From positions 806,001 through 870,000 of the forward strand of contig JBHGNT010000005.1 of assembly GCA_043228905.1 (NCBI GenBank): 64,000 nucleotides of DNA, read 5' to 3'. The DNA is from Azolla caroliniana (lineage: Eukaryota > Plantae > Polypodiophyta). The translations under genes were made by a program, and so were the position numbers. Below the pieces are notes generated by a model that saw nothing but the letters and a program-made list of their open reading frames with translations, was not told where the DNA came from and searched no databases. This document shows positions 23,782 to 35,620 of the stretch, piece by piece (the first letter of the stretch is position 1; the number at the start of each line of letters is the position of its first letter).

Positions 23782-24122
23782 ATGAGCCTTTGGTATAGAC
23801 TCAATTTCGATTTTGCTCTCAAAAGCTCTTTCTATATGTTTGTCAATTGTCATGGTAGCATTTTCTAAGAGTGAGAGAGAGACAGAAGTTTTTATTGGAT
23901 AATTGTAGCTTTTTCTTCAAGCAAGAAATGGAACTTTCCTTGATTGGGTTAGAAAATGTTGGAAAGACATCGTTGGTGAATGTGATAGCGGTAACATTAT
24001 TGGATGACGTTTTGAATTTGATACATGTTTCGGACATCATTGGTGATTATGATTGACATGTTTTGGACATTGTATTCACAGATTGATGGACATAGTGGCA
24101 TAGTGAGGACATGACTCTTACG
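23782..24122 (+). pseudogene. ARL8-type (ARF-like GTPase) 5' gene fragment with an intron retained; frameshifted
   Basis: Exon 23908-23990 [27 protein letters not shown] has AG/GT boundaries. The next exon, 24082-24122 (IDGHSEDMTLT, cf. TGGYSEDMIPT), is frameshifted by an 8-bp duplication. A possible decayed first exon (MSLW..LN) starts at 23782. No later exons were recognised. Confidence 0.75.
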
Positions 24123-25906
24123 GTAAACTCTTACCCTTGTTTGAAAGCTTCCAATGATATGTTAAAAAATAAAACTGGTTTGAGAGTGAAATTAATTAGG
24201 TAGTTTCAAGCTTGTTATAACTCACAAGTTTAAAATTGTAAACATACAAGAGGATTGATTTTGATTGGACATTCAAGATGTTGTGATAGATATATCGTAG
24301 GTTTGGGCTACAATTTTTGTTTTCTATCTAATATATTATCTGAAAGTTCTTAAATCAACAATGATATACAATAAGATTAATTGGAAATTATCATATGTGA
24401 ACAGTTTATGCTTGAGACCTAGATGAGTAAATGAAAGGAAACTTGTATTATCATGTGGGAAGCAATGGCAATCACACATGTTTTCTTCATTGACAACGTG
24501 CTAAGGGGTCAGCTTGGGAAAGTAGAGGAATGTCGATGACAACAAAGGCTGTGCTTACAAGGATATAAGGCATATGTGTCATACCAACACCAAATCATGG
24601 AGATAATTTCTCACCATGTTTCCATTTTAGTAAGGTGGCTTTCTTCATTAAAAGGAGAAGGAAAAGTATGTATCTTTCGATTGTCTCAAGATCATGACAT
24701 TCTTAAAAGATTGTCTCATGGTTAGCCTCTATATTTTTATTATCATGGGGGCGATAAGGAGTAATTTTCTTGTATGGTTGTCTTTTTGTAGTGAATGAAA
24801 AATAATATGTATACTAGTTTCCTAAATTGATCCAACTATGAATATCCACATCATGTGCAACTTTGTATATTTGTTTTTCTTTGTAGTGCCATTCTTTTGC
24901 CTTGACCTTTATTTGTTAGTGCTAACCAATAACAAAGTTTGGACTAAAATGTTACAACTCACTAAATGGGTCTAATGGTATCGGTGATTGTTTTAGACTC
25001 ATGGAACAATGCTTCTATTATCACGGGGGGAGGGCTTTGTTCATTGAACTCAAATGATGCCATGTGGAGTGGATACTTTGATATATATTATCTAGGACTA
25101 TAATGATGTGGACTCTCTATATCCATATGTACATAGGGTGTCTTAAAGCCCATATGGTGTATCATACATCAGGGTAGGGGAGGAATAGTGCCAAAGTTCA
25201 AGGATAGCCAAAGTTGGATTTCCTCTAGTGAGTTGATCCATGGTGGCGTGTTCATAGAGAAATGCCCATATATGCTTGTAAATTTGCTTCATATAATATC
25301 CTCTATCTATGTTGCTATCTCATCTTGTGCTAAAATTTTTTTGGTATGTGCAATATTTATTTATTTTAGCATTTCCGGTTGACATTATCACTAGTAGGAA
25401 AGTAGCCGGTCAAATTTTTAAATTTCCGGTTAGGATCATAAGAAGCAGGAAAATCTCCAGGAGGGCTTATAAACTTTGCCCAACACTGGTTCAGACCATA
25501 ACATGAAACAAAATTAAAATTCCATGTTTAATGTGTGTGTTCTTGTTTAAAGAAACTTTAATCATTCATCTCTGATCAATGACTTTCAAATATGATGTGG
25601 CGACACAAATTTCCATGTAGTGTTTTAGGTGAGTCTACAGAAACACTTGCCACGCATTGAAGAAGAATGATTTCACAAAGAGAGAAAGCACCTGAAAATA
25701 ATTTGATAAAACCATGTGCTTGCTTGGAAGCCAGATAATGTGAGAAGCATATATAGAAAAGGTTAAGATTCTTGTTTTCCATTACTTCTTGAACAAGAAG
25801 TTATACCAAAGGAGTTCCTTTTCAAATATATTCTGCATTTTTTTTGTGGCTCAAAAGAGTATAAACTATGAATCTATCTATCTATCTATATATATGTATA
25901 TATAAG

Positions 25907-28900
25907 TTAGTAATCAATGATGGGCTCCCCTACATTGAGGTTCCGTGAGATGTTGCAGGGTAAATCAAAAACCTTGGCCACGATCACCTTAAAAATCTTA
26001 TGTACATTAATGTTGTGGGTAACACTTGAGAAGAACAAGAATGCTTCCATGGATTTTGCATAAAATCTTGCCTGTAGCAAGCGAGACCATTGGGAGAGCA
26101 TTAGTAAAAGTTATTAAGACGAAAAAAAACAACAGGGAATGCACTTGTTACAATGATATGGGCTTCAATAAAATACATACATTCATCATGTCTCCATTCT
26201 CAAACAAATCTAATGAGCATATTAGGTTTTCCATGGGACCTGCAAAAATGGGCTTATGGTTTTTTATTAGGCGCCTATGTAGAGTTATGGTGTTTATCAT
26301 GGTAATCTGCCAATGATTCGGGTGACCTACACATACTGGTACTGTGGGAAGCTATTTTAACTTATACAATGTCTTGGCTTAGGGTTAGGGTTTAGGGGTC
26401 TCTCACCTGTCGAATGATGGCAATCTGAATCTCCTGTGGTAGATGAACAAATCGATCGTATTTCGTCCCGATTATCACTGTAATCGCAGCCTACACATAT
26501 ATATATGCATACAAACACAATTATGAGCCTCCGAATCCTACATACACACATATTTACATATACATATATACATATATATTTATGAAAACAATTCTGTGCC
26601 GTTACCTTGTTGCATTCTCTCGCTTGCACGAACCATCCCTTCACACTGCAGTTCAAATTATATTAGAAGAAGTTTAACAGGGTCTCTTCCATACATTAAT
26701 CATGAAAGCAATGAAAAATCCCCATGTGATTTTTAATGATTGTAACCCATCCTTACCTGACATGTGATGAATCATATACTTATCCACTTGAAATTTGTTT
26801 CTGCTATAACAGTGATCCCCCATTAATATTCATAATGATTCATCACAAACAGGAATCATGATAAATCGCTTGTTTCCCTGGACCTCACACACTCGAGTGC
26901 ACAAATCCCCATGAATAATACACATGCTAATGATAGTGATTCAAATACATAATGAACCAAGAAAGATCACTAGACCGCACATTGGATGGCATTAATCCCC
27001 ATGAATTTATAAGCCAATAATGATTGCAAAATCTTGTTTCTGCAATCGCAATGATCCCACATGAATTCATTAAACCCCAGGAGGGTTGCACCACTCCCCA
27101 TGGATTCACATAATCAGGGATTCCCCCACAATTCACCAATTAATGGTATATTAATGAGCCGCAAATTGTTTAATTTGGTCGAGATTGATTCCGAGTTATA
27201 ATTAACGCAAATCCGGATGAATCAAGATAAGGAATTGAATCATTAACGCAATTGGTGGCAACTGATAAAGAACTGTGGTTAATGAATCGATCACCAGTAA
27301 GTCATGTGTGTTTTTTTACCTGTGCAAAGTGGATCGACGCGTGAGATCGAACATTATGAAGATTGCAGACGCATCTGCACAGACCATAGGCAGCATGCTG
27401 GAGCATCGCCAATGCCCTGCATATACATACCACAACTCGTAGGATTACTCTGCACAGCAAAGCGAATTGCCTTCTAACCCCAACCTTTTCGCTTTACGAT
27501 TACATCGACCAGATGCAGGTTAATCCTTGGATTAGATGTTTAATCCCGAAAAAACGGTCTAAATAATCCACGATAATGAAATGAAAATAACCAGTCTAAG
27601 GACGCAGAGGATTTTACCACCGAGATCTCGTATGCTTAATGCGATGTTGACACTCTGCAGATTGAACACTTTCTCCACCCATGCCACTCCGATCGTCTCT
27701 ACATGATCCTCGCTTTGATCAATAGCCACATACTTCGCCTGTATAGATAGACGAGCTCTTATCAGTTCCATATTAATGGCTGTTAATCTTATGTAAATGG
27801 CTAATCTATCCATGATAAATCGCTTAAATGCCTAATCCTTATGTTAGGAACCAGAGAGAGTTTAATCTTCATCATCAAGGTTTATTAAAAAAGAAAGTGT
27901 TCTTTCCTCACGCTTCGATCCACAAACAGAACCCCCTAAATCTCTCCTTAATATCTATCTATGCTAATGATGTCCTAATCACTGGATTAAGGTTCATTAT
28001 AAAACACTCAAATAAGCACAGAGAAAAGAATATACTATGCATAGTTCTTATTCAATTAGTTAATAATCATCTATGGACACCGCCGCCCAAAGAAGCAGAA
28101 AAGTAGATGCTCGTGAGAATTACCGAGCTACTCATTTCGCATTTAATCAGTAGTTATGGCGTAGTCATGAAATAACTAAATAAGAAATGAGTATTATTTG
28201 GTTAGATATTAATTGTCATATCATTAATAGATCTATTTAATAGAGTTTCTGAATCCGGACTTTAATGCTATTATTTTAAAACATGAGTCCGATTGATTCA
28301 TTTCGATACTCTTATCATAATATGGGTTTTGGATTTCTGAATCACGTTAATATCATGATATGGGCCATCGATCGGGATCAGCGGAGAGAGAGATACAGAG
28401 AAATTTCACTGTTTGTAAGTTTGTAACGTCCTTGATTTCAACACGATAATGCTTTTTATTGAGTTAATGAATATGCTAATTAATTACGAGGCGATGATTA
28501 TAATTATGAAAACGGACAGTTAATTATAACGTTACTTAGTGCAAAGAGATGATGTTCCATTCAGACAGCTAACTATGATGCTGATTGATTAAAGAGTCAA
28601 AACCATATAATACAAACCGATTGATAGGCCGATCTGATTTTATGCCTTGAGGTAATGAGACGATCTAATGATTAGAGGTAATTAAGCAAAAGAATCCCGT
28701 GTGGAATTTACTTTATGATGATTAAATGCAAATGGATTAAACAAATATCATTACCATAAAACTCGTTTTTCCGGTGTCAGAATCACCAATTATGCCGATG
28801 TTGACGACGACAGTATCATTAGAATTAGAAGCGGCGTTAGGATTAGTAACAGAATAATTAGCATTAGAGTCATCATTAGGATCAAAATCAACATCACAAT

Positions 28901-29498
28901 TAGAAGATGAACTTCTGAGGCGTTGATACTTCATACGTGGTGCGAGGATTAACTCTTGAGTGTTAGCAGTATAATCACTGCTAATACAGAAACATCTTCC
29001 CAACACATCATACTTATGTAGATTAAGTGCCCACCACTTTCTCTTAATCCTTCTGATTACTCCCTGGCCCTGTTTGATCACCTTGCTAATCATACTTCCA
29101 TCTCTCTTCATCCCCATACCTCTCTGCTTAATTACTCTGTTTATCCCCTTATCATCGCTCCTCATCTCATCACTACCCTGCTTAATCACTCTACTAGATA
29201 CATCATCGTTGGCAAGGCATGATTTAATATCTGTGTTATCAAGGCTTGGTGTATCGTTATTCTTTAATACTCTGCTAATTACTTCTTTGATTTCTCCCTT
29301 CAATCTCTGCGTGATCTTTATTCTGCTACTAACTCTAAGAGTCGGATTAGTCCCATCCAGCTGCTTAATCTCTCCGCTAATCAGATCATTATTGGGTGAT
29401 CTGTACTCCTGCTCCTGCGTCACTCCGCTAATCATGTGCTTAAGGGACCAGTGTTTCTGCTTAATCTCGATATTATTGCTATTATTAGAACTCTGCAT
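25907..29498 (-). CDS. SGP1: Septum-promoting GTP-binding protein (SPG1/TEM1 family, plant SGP1/2-like) with a long N-terminal extension
   Basis: Minus-strand exons: ~29498-28755 (..IGIIGDSDTGKTSFM), 27738-27618 (AKYV...SIRDLG), 27416-27320 (MLPMVCADASAIFIMFDLTRRSTL), 26645-26606 (VKGWFVQAR), 26490-26407 (IIGTKYDRFVHLP), 26071-25907 (ARFYAKSM..LFFSSVTHNINVHKIFK...GEPIIDY*). All junctions are GT-AG and frame-consistent. The start codon is uncertain. Confidence 0.88.
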
Positions 29499-30001
29499 AT
29501 TAATTACTCTGGTAGTTTGTATGCCATGAATTACAAGCACTCTGTTAATCACTCTTAAGGTCTTTGTCAATTAATCTTCTCACCAGTGTCTTCATTAACC
29601 TCTGTTGGTGCTTAATTAGGCGCTAAAGACGACCCCGTTTTGCTGTAAACATGGCCATGCCCTCTCTTTCTCTCAATGATCTCGCAGATTTATTCAGGAA
29701 CTAATATTTTCTAACACCTTGAGGAATCACTAATCGCATGTTAATGAGTCTGCTAATCACACATTAAATCGTCTCTAAAATGCTCCAAACTCTTGATGGA
29801 TTAATTAATCCACCGAAAAAAATAGAGTCTTGTCAGAGCAAACTCCATCCCCCCAAAAGAGGCAGGACTACTCCTACAAAATTGTAATAAAAATGATAAA
29901 AAGAAAATTATAAATTGATCAAAAGGAAAAAGAAATATTTTTTAGGGAAAGTTTGAATGTTAGGATTAATGTGAGGATTACTGCTAATTCCGTGTACCTA
30001 G

Positions 30002-30357
30002 TGCTAATCCATGTCATTATTAGGGCCAATCCTAGGCAACTAGCGCTAACCATAAGTCTTTCTAGTGGACTCCAATTGTCACAAGCATTTCCAACGGATC
30101 CAACGAAATTTTGGACATTATCCAGGTGCTTTTCGTGGTCCTAGCCGTCCATGGGACACATCCCAAACATGTGATTATTGCTAATCCATGTAATTAGGGC
30201 CAATCCTAGGAAATTAGCGCTAACCATAAGTCTTTCTAGTGGACTCAAATGGTCACAAGCATTTCCAATGGATCCAATGAGATTTCCGGTGAGTATCTGT
30301 CAAGCAAGTGTTTTTCGTGGTTCTAGAAGTCCATGAGACACATCCCAAACATGCGAT
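30002..30357. repeat. ~177-bp diverged tandem duplication upstream of the SGP1-like gene
   Basis: TGCTAATCCATGT..ATTAGGGCCAATCCTAGG...CACAAGCATTTCCAA...ACACATCCCAAACATG at 30002 and 30179. Confidence 0.8.
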
Positions 30358-30939
30358 TTCACGCATGTGTTCTCTCACCATGCCCATGACTTACCTTATA
30401 TCTCACACCTACACCTACACCTACACAAATACCTACATACATTCACACCCACACCTACACTATCCCGAGGATGCTTGTTCATCACAACAAGAATATCAAA
30501 AGAGAAGGGATGTTTGATAGCTACCTCAAATGTTGTGTGAAATCTGAATTGAGGAACTCTTTATCTTTTGCTTCGTGCATGTGGGTTGGATGGTTCCCCA
30601 CAACTCTCTTTGTGGCTTCGAAATCGTGCTCGTCCCCTTTGTTTTGTTCTACGCAGTTTCAAAACCTTTTTAACTTCTTTATGATGCTTAATTGGGTTAC
30701 AATGTGGACTACAACGTTTCTCCCTTTGAAATTATGTGTTGAAACCAATGTGCAATACATTCATTACCTATGTGGGGTCATCATTTTTCTTAAGATCGCC
30801 ACCATACTTTGAGTAAAGAGCATGCATGTGTATCAATAGTGGGGTTTGGTATGTTTGACTAGAAGTTGTGTAAGGTAGATGCATGCGCTAATCAATGGTT
30901 GGAAGCAATGTCAAATGGTAATGAGAGTTTCATATTGTG

Positions 30940-31082
30940 TGATCTCCTAATTAGGGAAAAGTATGTTATAGGACAAATGTGATTGACATCTTAAGGGCGT
31001 CCACCCCTTAAGTATGATCTCCTAATTAGGGAAAAGTATGTTATAGGACAAATGTGATCGGCACCTTAAGGGCGTCCACCCT
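30940..31082. repeat. 75-bp tandem duplication
   Basis: TGATCTCCTAATTAGGGAAAAGTATG...GGGCGTCCACCC at 30940 and 31015. Confidence 0.85.
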
Positions 31083-33156
31083 CTCAAGAGGAGTTGGAGA
31101 GAGAGAAAGAATAGCAAATGTTTGACATCTTCATTAAAGATCGATTGGTTTGCTCATGCCACATTTGGAATTCTTTTATTGGGCCAGTTCCCAAGAGCTC
31201 ATACGGTTCAATCTTACATGGGCCTTTTCACTAGAAGGATCCATCTACATCGATGTGCTCACTTGCACAACTTGGCCTATATCACGTGGATTTTTGGTCA
31301 TGTCATGTCCTTATTTATTTGAGGGAGATCCTTAGGTTTTGCTCTGAGTGGCAAGCTTCATAGGTTTTACGACACTCCTCTTGTCAAAGAGAAGTCATAT
31401 CTTCTTGTACGAAACATTATTTGCTTTGATATAAAGTTTGCTTGTTCCAAGGTTCTATTGCCTGCCTATGCATATCAAACAAACTACATACATATATACT
31501 TCCATCTTGTATGGTTGATCACAAATATATTTAAGTGAATGATGATCCCTCTAAATCAAAATATTGGTGCGAACACATGTTGTGCTGGAGCCGACAAGAC
31601 GTCTTTGAATGGAGTTTAGATTTGAAACACCATTAATCACAATTTTTTTATACTTTTTAAAAATTAACTTAAAATTTGATTGCCATATACTTTTTTACAC
31701 GTTGGATTTCTATGAAGATGTTTAGTTCTTTACTCCAAGTTAAAAAGATTAAAATCATTTCCCTTCTTTACATTTATGCATTATGCGTAATTTCAACTTT
31801 GATTTGAACTAGAGTGCAGAGGTTAGTAAGAACAAGGTACAACACTACATCTAGCACTTTGCTACAATCCGATATCTACCATAATTTCAGCTTAACCCTC
31901 ATCAAATTTCTCTCTTTGTGTTTATACATTGTTTTGGATTTGAACCCAAAGCCTTCTAACTTTTCGATACAAACTTGTGGATATTCATCATATTACTGGA
32001 CAAATCATTATGAATTTACCTTGTAATATTGAAATATGTTAAAGTTTTGGTGCCAACGAGGAAATAAACTCGACATGAATCCTTGCAAAAATTCATACCG
32101 TATTTGCATACCACATGACAAGACCTACTTCAAAACATGAAAGTAGTCAAAGGCACTGAATGTTTTGGGGAGCTATCTAGACTCCATTGGAGTTAGAATG
32201 AATTCATGACATTATAATATGGTTTGGATTGTGGACTTCGATGAAAGACATATAGCACAAACGCAAAAAACTAAATCCTACATTATCTTAGACTTTCTCA
32301 CATTGTTGAGAAAAGAGAAGGATTAGGTTGGAATCACACAACACTCATGGAACAACACAAGAATGTAGCTTCTTTTTTCTACATCTAAATCACACCATAT
32401 TGTGCTCATCGATAAATATATACATATTCCAAAGTATAAGGTGCATCGCGTATAGAGAGTAGAGAGAAAGCATATGAAGCTAAAGAACATGCGTTATTTC
32501 CTACATGCATGAAATTCCATGGTCCTTGATAGCTTTCTAAACTAATTCTATGCCCCATTTAGATAATGTGAACCCAACCTTAGGCTACTTTACTCCAAAC
32601 GTTTAAACCTTGCATATTTAAGGATTCATTTAGAATGTCACAAAAGTTGTTTACGCTCCATTTTCAGAGCACTGTTTCCTACTAGGAAAAACATTGTTCA
32701 AATTCAAACCCACATGAGCTGCATTGAATTCGCCTTGGTATACATTTGTATATGCACCAATGCATGACAATATTAGAATTCACACAGTTAAACATAGGCC
32801 AAGCCAATAGCATTAATTTTACTTTATTATCTTACTTTGTTCCCACCTAATTAGAATGGAGATTCAAAATTCATAAGATTTTGTTTATGAATAAATATAT
32901 TCAAACATCATTACAATAACCATTTTTATTGTGAGATTGTCGATGATGGCATGTGTAAAGTATCATAATGATTAATGTCATTGTTAAAGGACTATAATGA
33001 AATCCTCATGTGTCTTCGATTTAATTTGTTTGAAAAATATTTGTAATAAATTAGAGAAAAGAAGTCAATATCTTTGAAATACTTAGAAATTTCGCACTCC
33101 TACAATGCATATACTATTCAAAATTTCAACATTTGTCGATATTATTCAATTGCACA

Positions 33157-34023
33157 ATGTTCTTAGGTTCAAGAACAATGGATTTAGCAATTAATTTATT
33201 TGAAAATGTATCGCCGAATTTTAGCGAGGCATATGTACACAATTTAAATTTGAGGACTACAAAAGTAATAAAGTTGGTATGTTGATTATGATTTATGCAT
33301 GCCTCCATACTAGAACGATGGCATGATTTCAATAATATGCATGAATTTGTTACAACTTACAACTAGCATGTCATGGACAAAAAAGGTTCCAAAAAGAATT
33401 ACCAAATGACCTCATCGTGATTGTTTACTTCAACTTAGCATGCCATGTTCTTAGGTTCAAGAACAATGGATTTAGCAATTAATTTATTTGAAAATGTATC
33501 GCCGAATTTTAGCGAGGCATATGTACACAATTTAAATTTGAGGTCTACAAAAGTAATAAAGTTGGTATGTTGATTATGATTTATGCATGCCTCCATACTA
33601 GAACGATGGCATGATTTCAATAATATGCATGAATTTGTTACAACTTACAACTAGCATGTCATGGACAAAAAAGGTTCCAAAAAGAATTACCAAATGACCT
33701 CATCGTGATTGTTTACTTCAACTTAGCATGCCATGTTCTTAGGTTCAAGAACAATGGATTTAGCAATTAATTTATTTGAAAATGTATCGCCGAATTTTAG
33801 CGAGGCATATGTACACAATTTAAATTTGAGGTCTACAAAAGTAATAAAGTTGGTATGTTGATTATGATTTATGCATGCCTCCATACTAGAACGATGGCAT
33901 GATTTCAATAATATGCATGAATTTGTTACAACTTACAACTAGCATGTCATGGACAAAAAAGGTTCCAAAAAGAATTACCAAATGACCTCATCGTGATTGT
34001 TTACTTCAACTTAGCATGCCATG
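33157..34023. repeat. 288-bp tandem repeat, 3 near-identical copies
   Basis: Units start at 33157, 33445 and 33733. Only one substitution was seen (GAGGAC in copy 1 vs GAGGTC in copies 2-3). The ORF track shows the same peptide three times. Confidence 0.95.
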
Positions 34024-34729
34024 GTTTTAATAATGTTGGGCATATGAATACACTTGAGAATAATGACATCCATAAATGTGGTGTATTCTGAAAATGCATC
34101 TAGATTCAAGTCTTTGAGTACCTTCTTTGCACACTCTTTGCATGTGGTAAAATGCACCACACTATTATTGAACAAACAAACTTTCTACGGTTTTAAAGCA
34201 TTAGGCACCATTGTCACACATAAACTATTTTTATGCCGACCAATCATTAGTATCCTTTGTGTACTATATAACTCACAATCCGACCCACAAATATTTCATA
34301 CTAGACATTCGAGAACCCTAAGTTATGGTAACCTCTAGCTAGTCGTGTACAATCTTGAAGTTTCATATATAAATAAACAAATAAATATGTGTAGAGAGAG
34401 AGAGAGAGATTTGATATGAGCAAGTTGCAACTTCATAAAGAATGTTAAAGATTCGATCTCTTTAAACCAAATTTGACATGGAATTATTAATAGTTCTATC
34501 AAAATTCTAACAACTTATGTGTTTGTTATTCAACCAAAGTTGTTCTCTCAATGTATACCTTTTATACAACAAAATTGATTCATTATATGGTCAAATTAAT
34601 CATATAAATACATAGATTAAGCATCTCGTAAGTCATTTTCCTCCGTTTAGGAGGCCACTCATATAACAATGCATCTATCGTTATATGAGCATCAATATAT
34701 TATAACTACTCATAAGAATGGGCAATATA

Positions 34730-35620
34730 AGTGTTTCTCTAGACACTATACCATTAGTTTGCAACTTGAGATCATTATTACAGTAATCTAGTATTCATCG
34801 AGGAAATGCATGTTGAAATAATTAAGAAAGGATTCGACAAAGATCTCCTTATTGGCAGTACATTGGTTGATACAAATGCTCAAATTGGATTGCTTGAAGC
34901 AGCACATCAAGTTTTTGACAACCTGCTAGTCAAAGATGTGATCCTATGGATTGCATTAATCATTGGTTATGCAGAACATGAGTGTGGTGAGGAAGCACTA
35001 AACCTCATGAAGGAGATGCAAACACATAATCTCGTCAAATACATGTGTTCTTGTTTCTGGCTTGAAAGTTTGTGGGGATACCTGAGACTTCCATTAAGGT
35101 AGTGTAATACATGCCGAGGCTGTGAAGGAAGGGTTATAGACTGAGACCTTTATTGCCAATATCTTAGTGGATAGGTAGGCTGAATGTGGTTTTCTCTCAA
35201 CAACACAAGAAATGTTCAATGATCTTCTTGTGAAAGATGCAATTTCATGGAATATAGCGACTGCAAGATATGTGGAACATGGATATAGTGAGACAACACT
35301 CTCCTCCTTTGAGCAATGCAAAGACTGGGCATCCCTCCAAATATAGTCACACTTGTTTGTTGTCTAAAAGCATGTGGTAGCATTAGAGTACATTAGCAGG
35401 CAATGAAATTCACAAGGACATTGTACAAAAAGTTGTTGAAAGAGATTATTTCATTGGCAATACATTAGTACATATGTATGCTTAATGTGGGTCACTTGCC
35501 GAGGCACATATAGTATTTAACAAGCTTTCAGTCCAGGAACATGTATCTTGGAATGCACTAATTACAAGATATGCTGAGAATGAGAAATTTGAGGAAGTGC
35601 TCAATCATTTCTATCAAACG
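34730..35620 (+). pseudogene. PLS-class pentatricopeptide repeat (PPR) pseudogene
   Basis: MHVEIIKKGFDKDLLIGSTLVD...AHQVFDNLLVKDVILWIALIIGYAEHECGEEAL, and later PNIVTLVCCLKACG and IGNTLVHMYA*CGSLAEA..VF. Multiple stops and frameshifts. Confidence 0.88.

Noticed and set aside
26379-26398. TTAGGGTTAGGGTTTAGGG as an interstitial telomere (similar motifs at ~23684 and in LTRs)
   Set aside because: Only 2-3 units, typical of common plant telo-box motifs.
26700-27130. Recurrent ATCCCCATGAAT-like 12-mers in the SGP1 intron as a regulatory array
   Set aside because: Irregular spacing and degenerate; most simply an old decayed minisatellite, with no function supportable from sequence.
29074-29529. 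151-aa hydrophobic plus-strand ORF as a membrane protein
   Set aside because: It is the antisense shadow of the repetitive SGP1-like exon 1, starts at TTG and has no independent support.
33157-34023. Regularly repeated sequence and triplicated 61-68 aa ORFs as a CRISPR array or peptide gene cluster
   Set aside because: Units are head-to-tail with no unique spacers, the context is eukaryotic, and the ORFs start at non-ATG codons with no recognisable homology.
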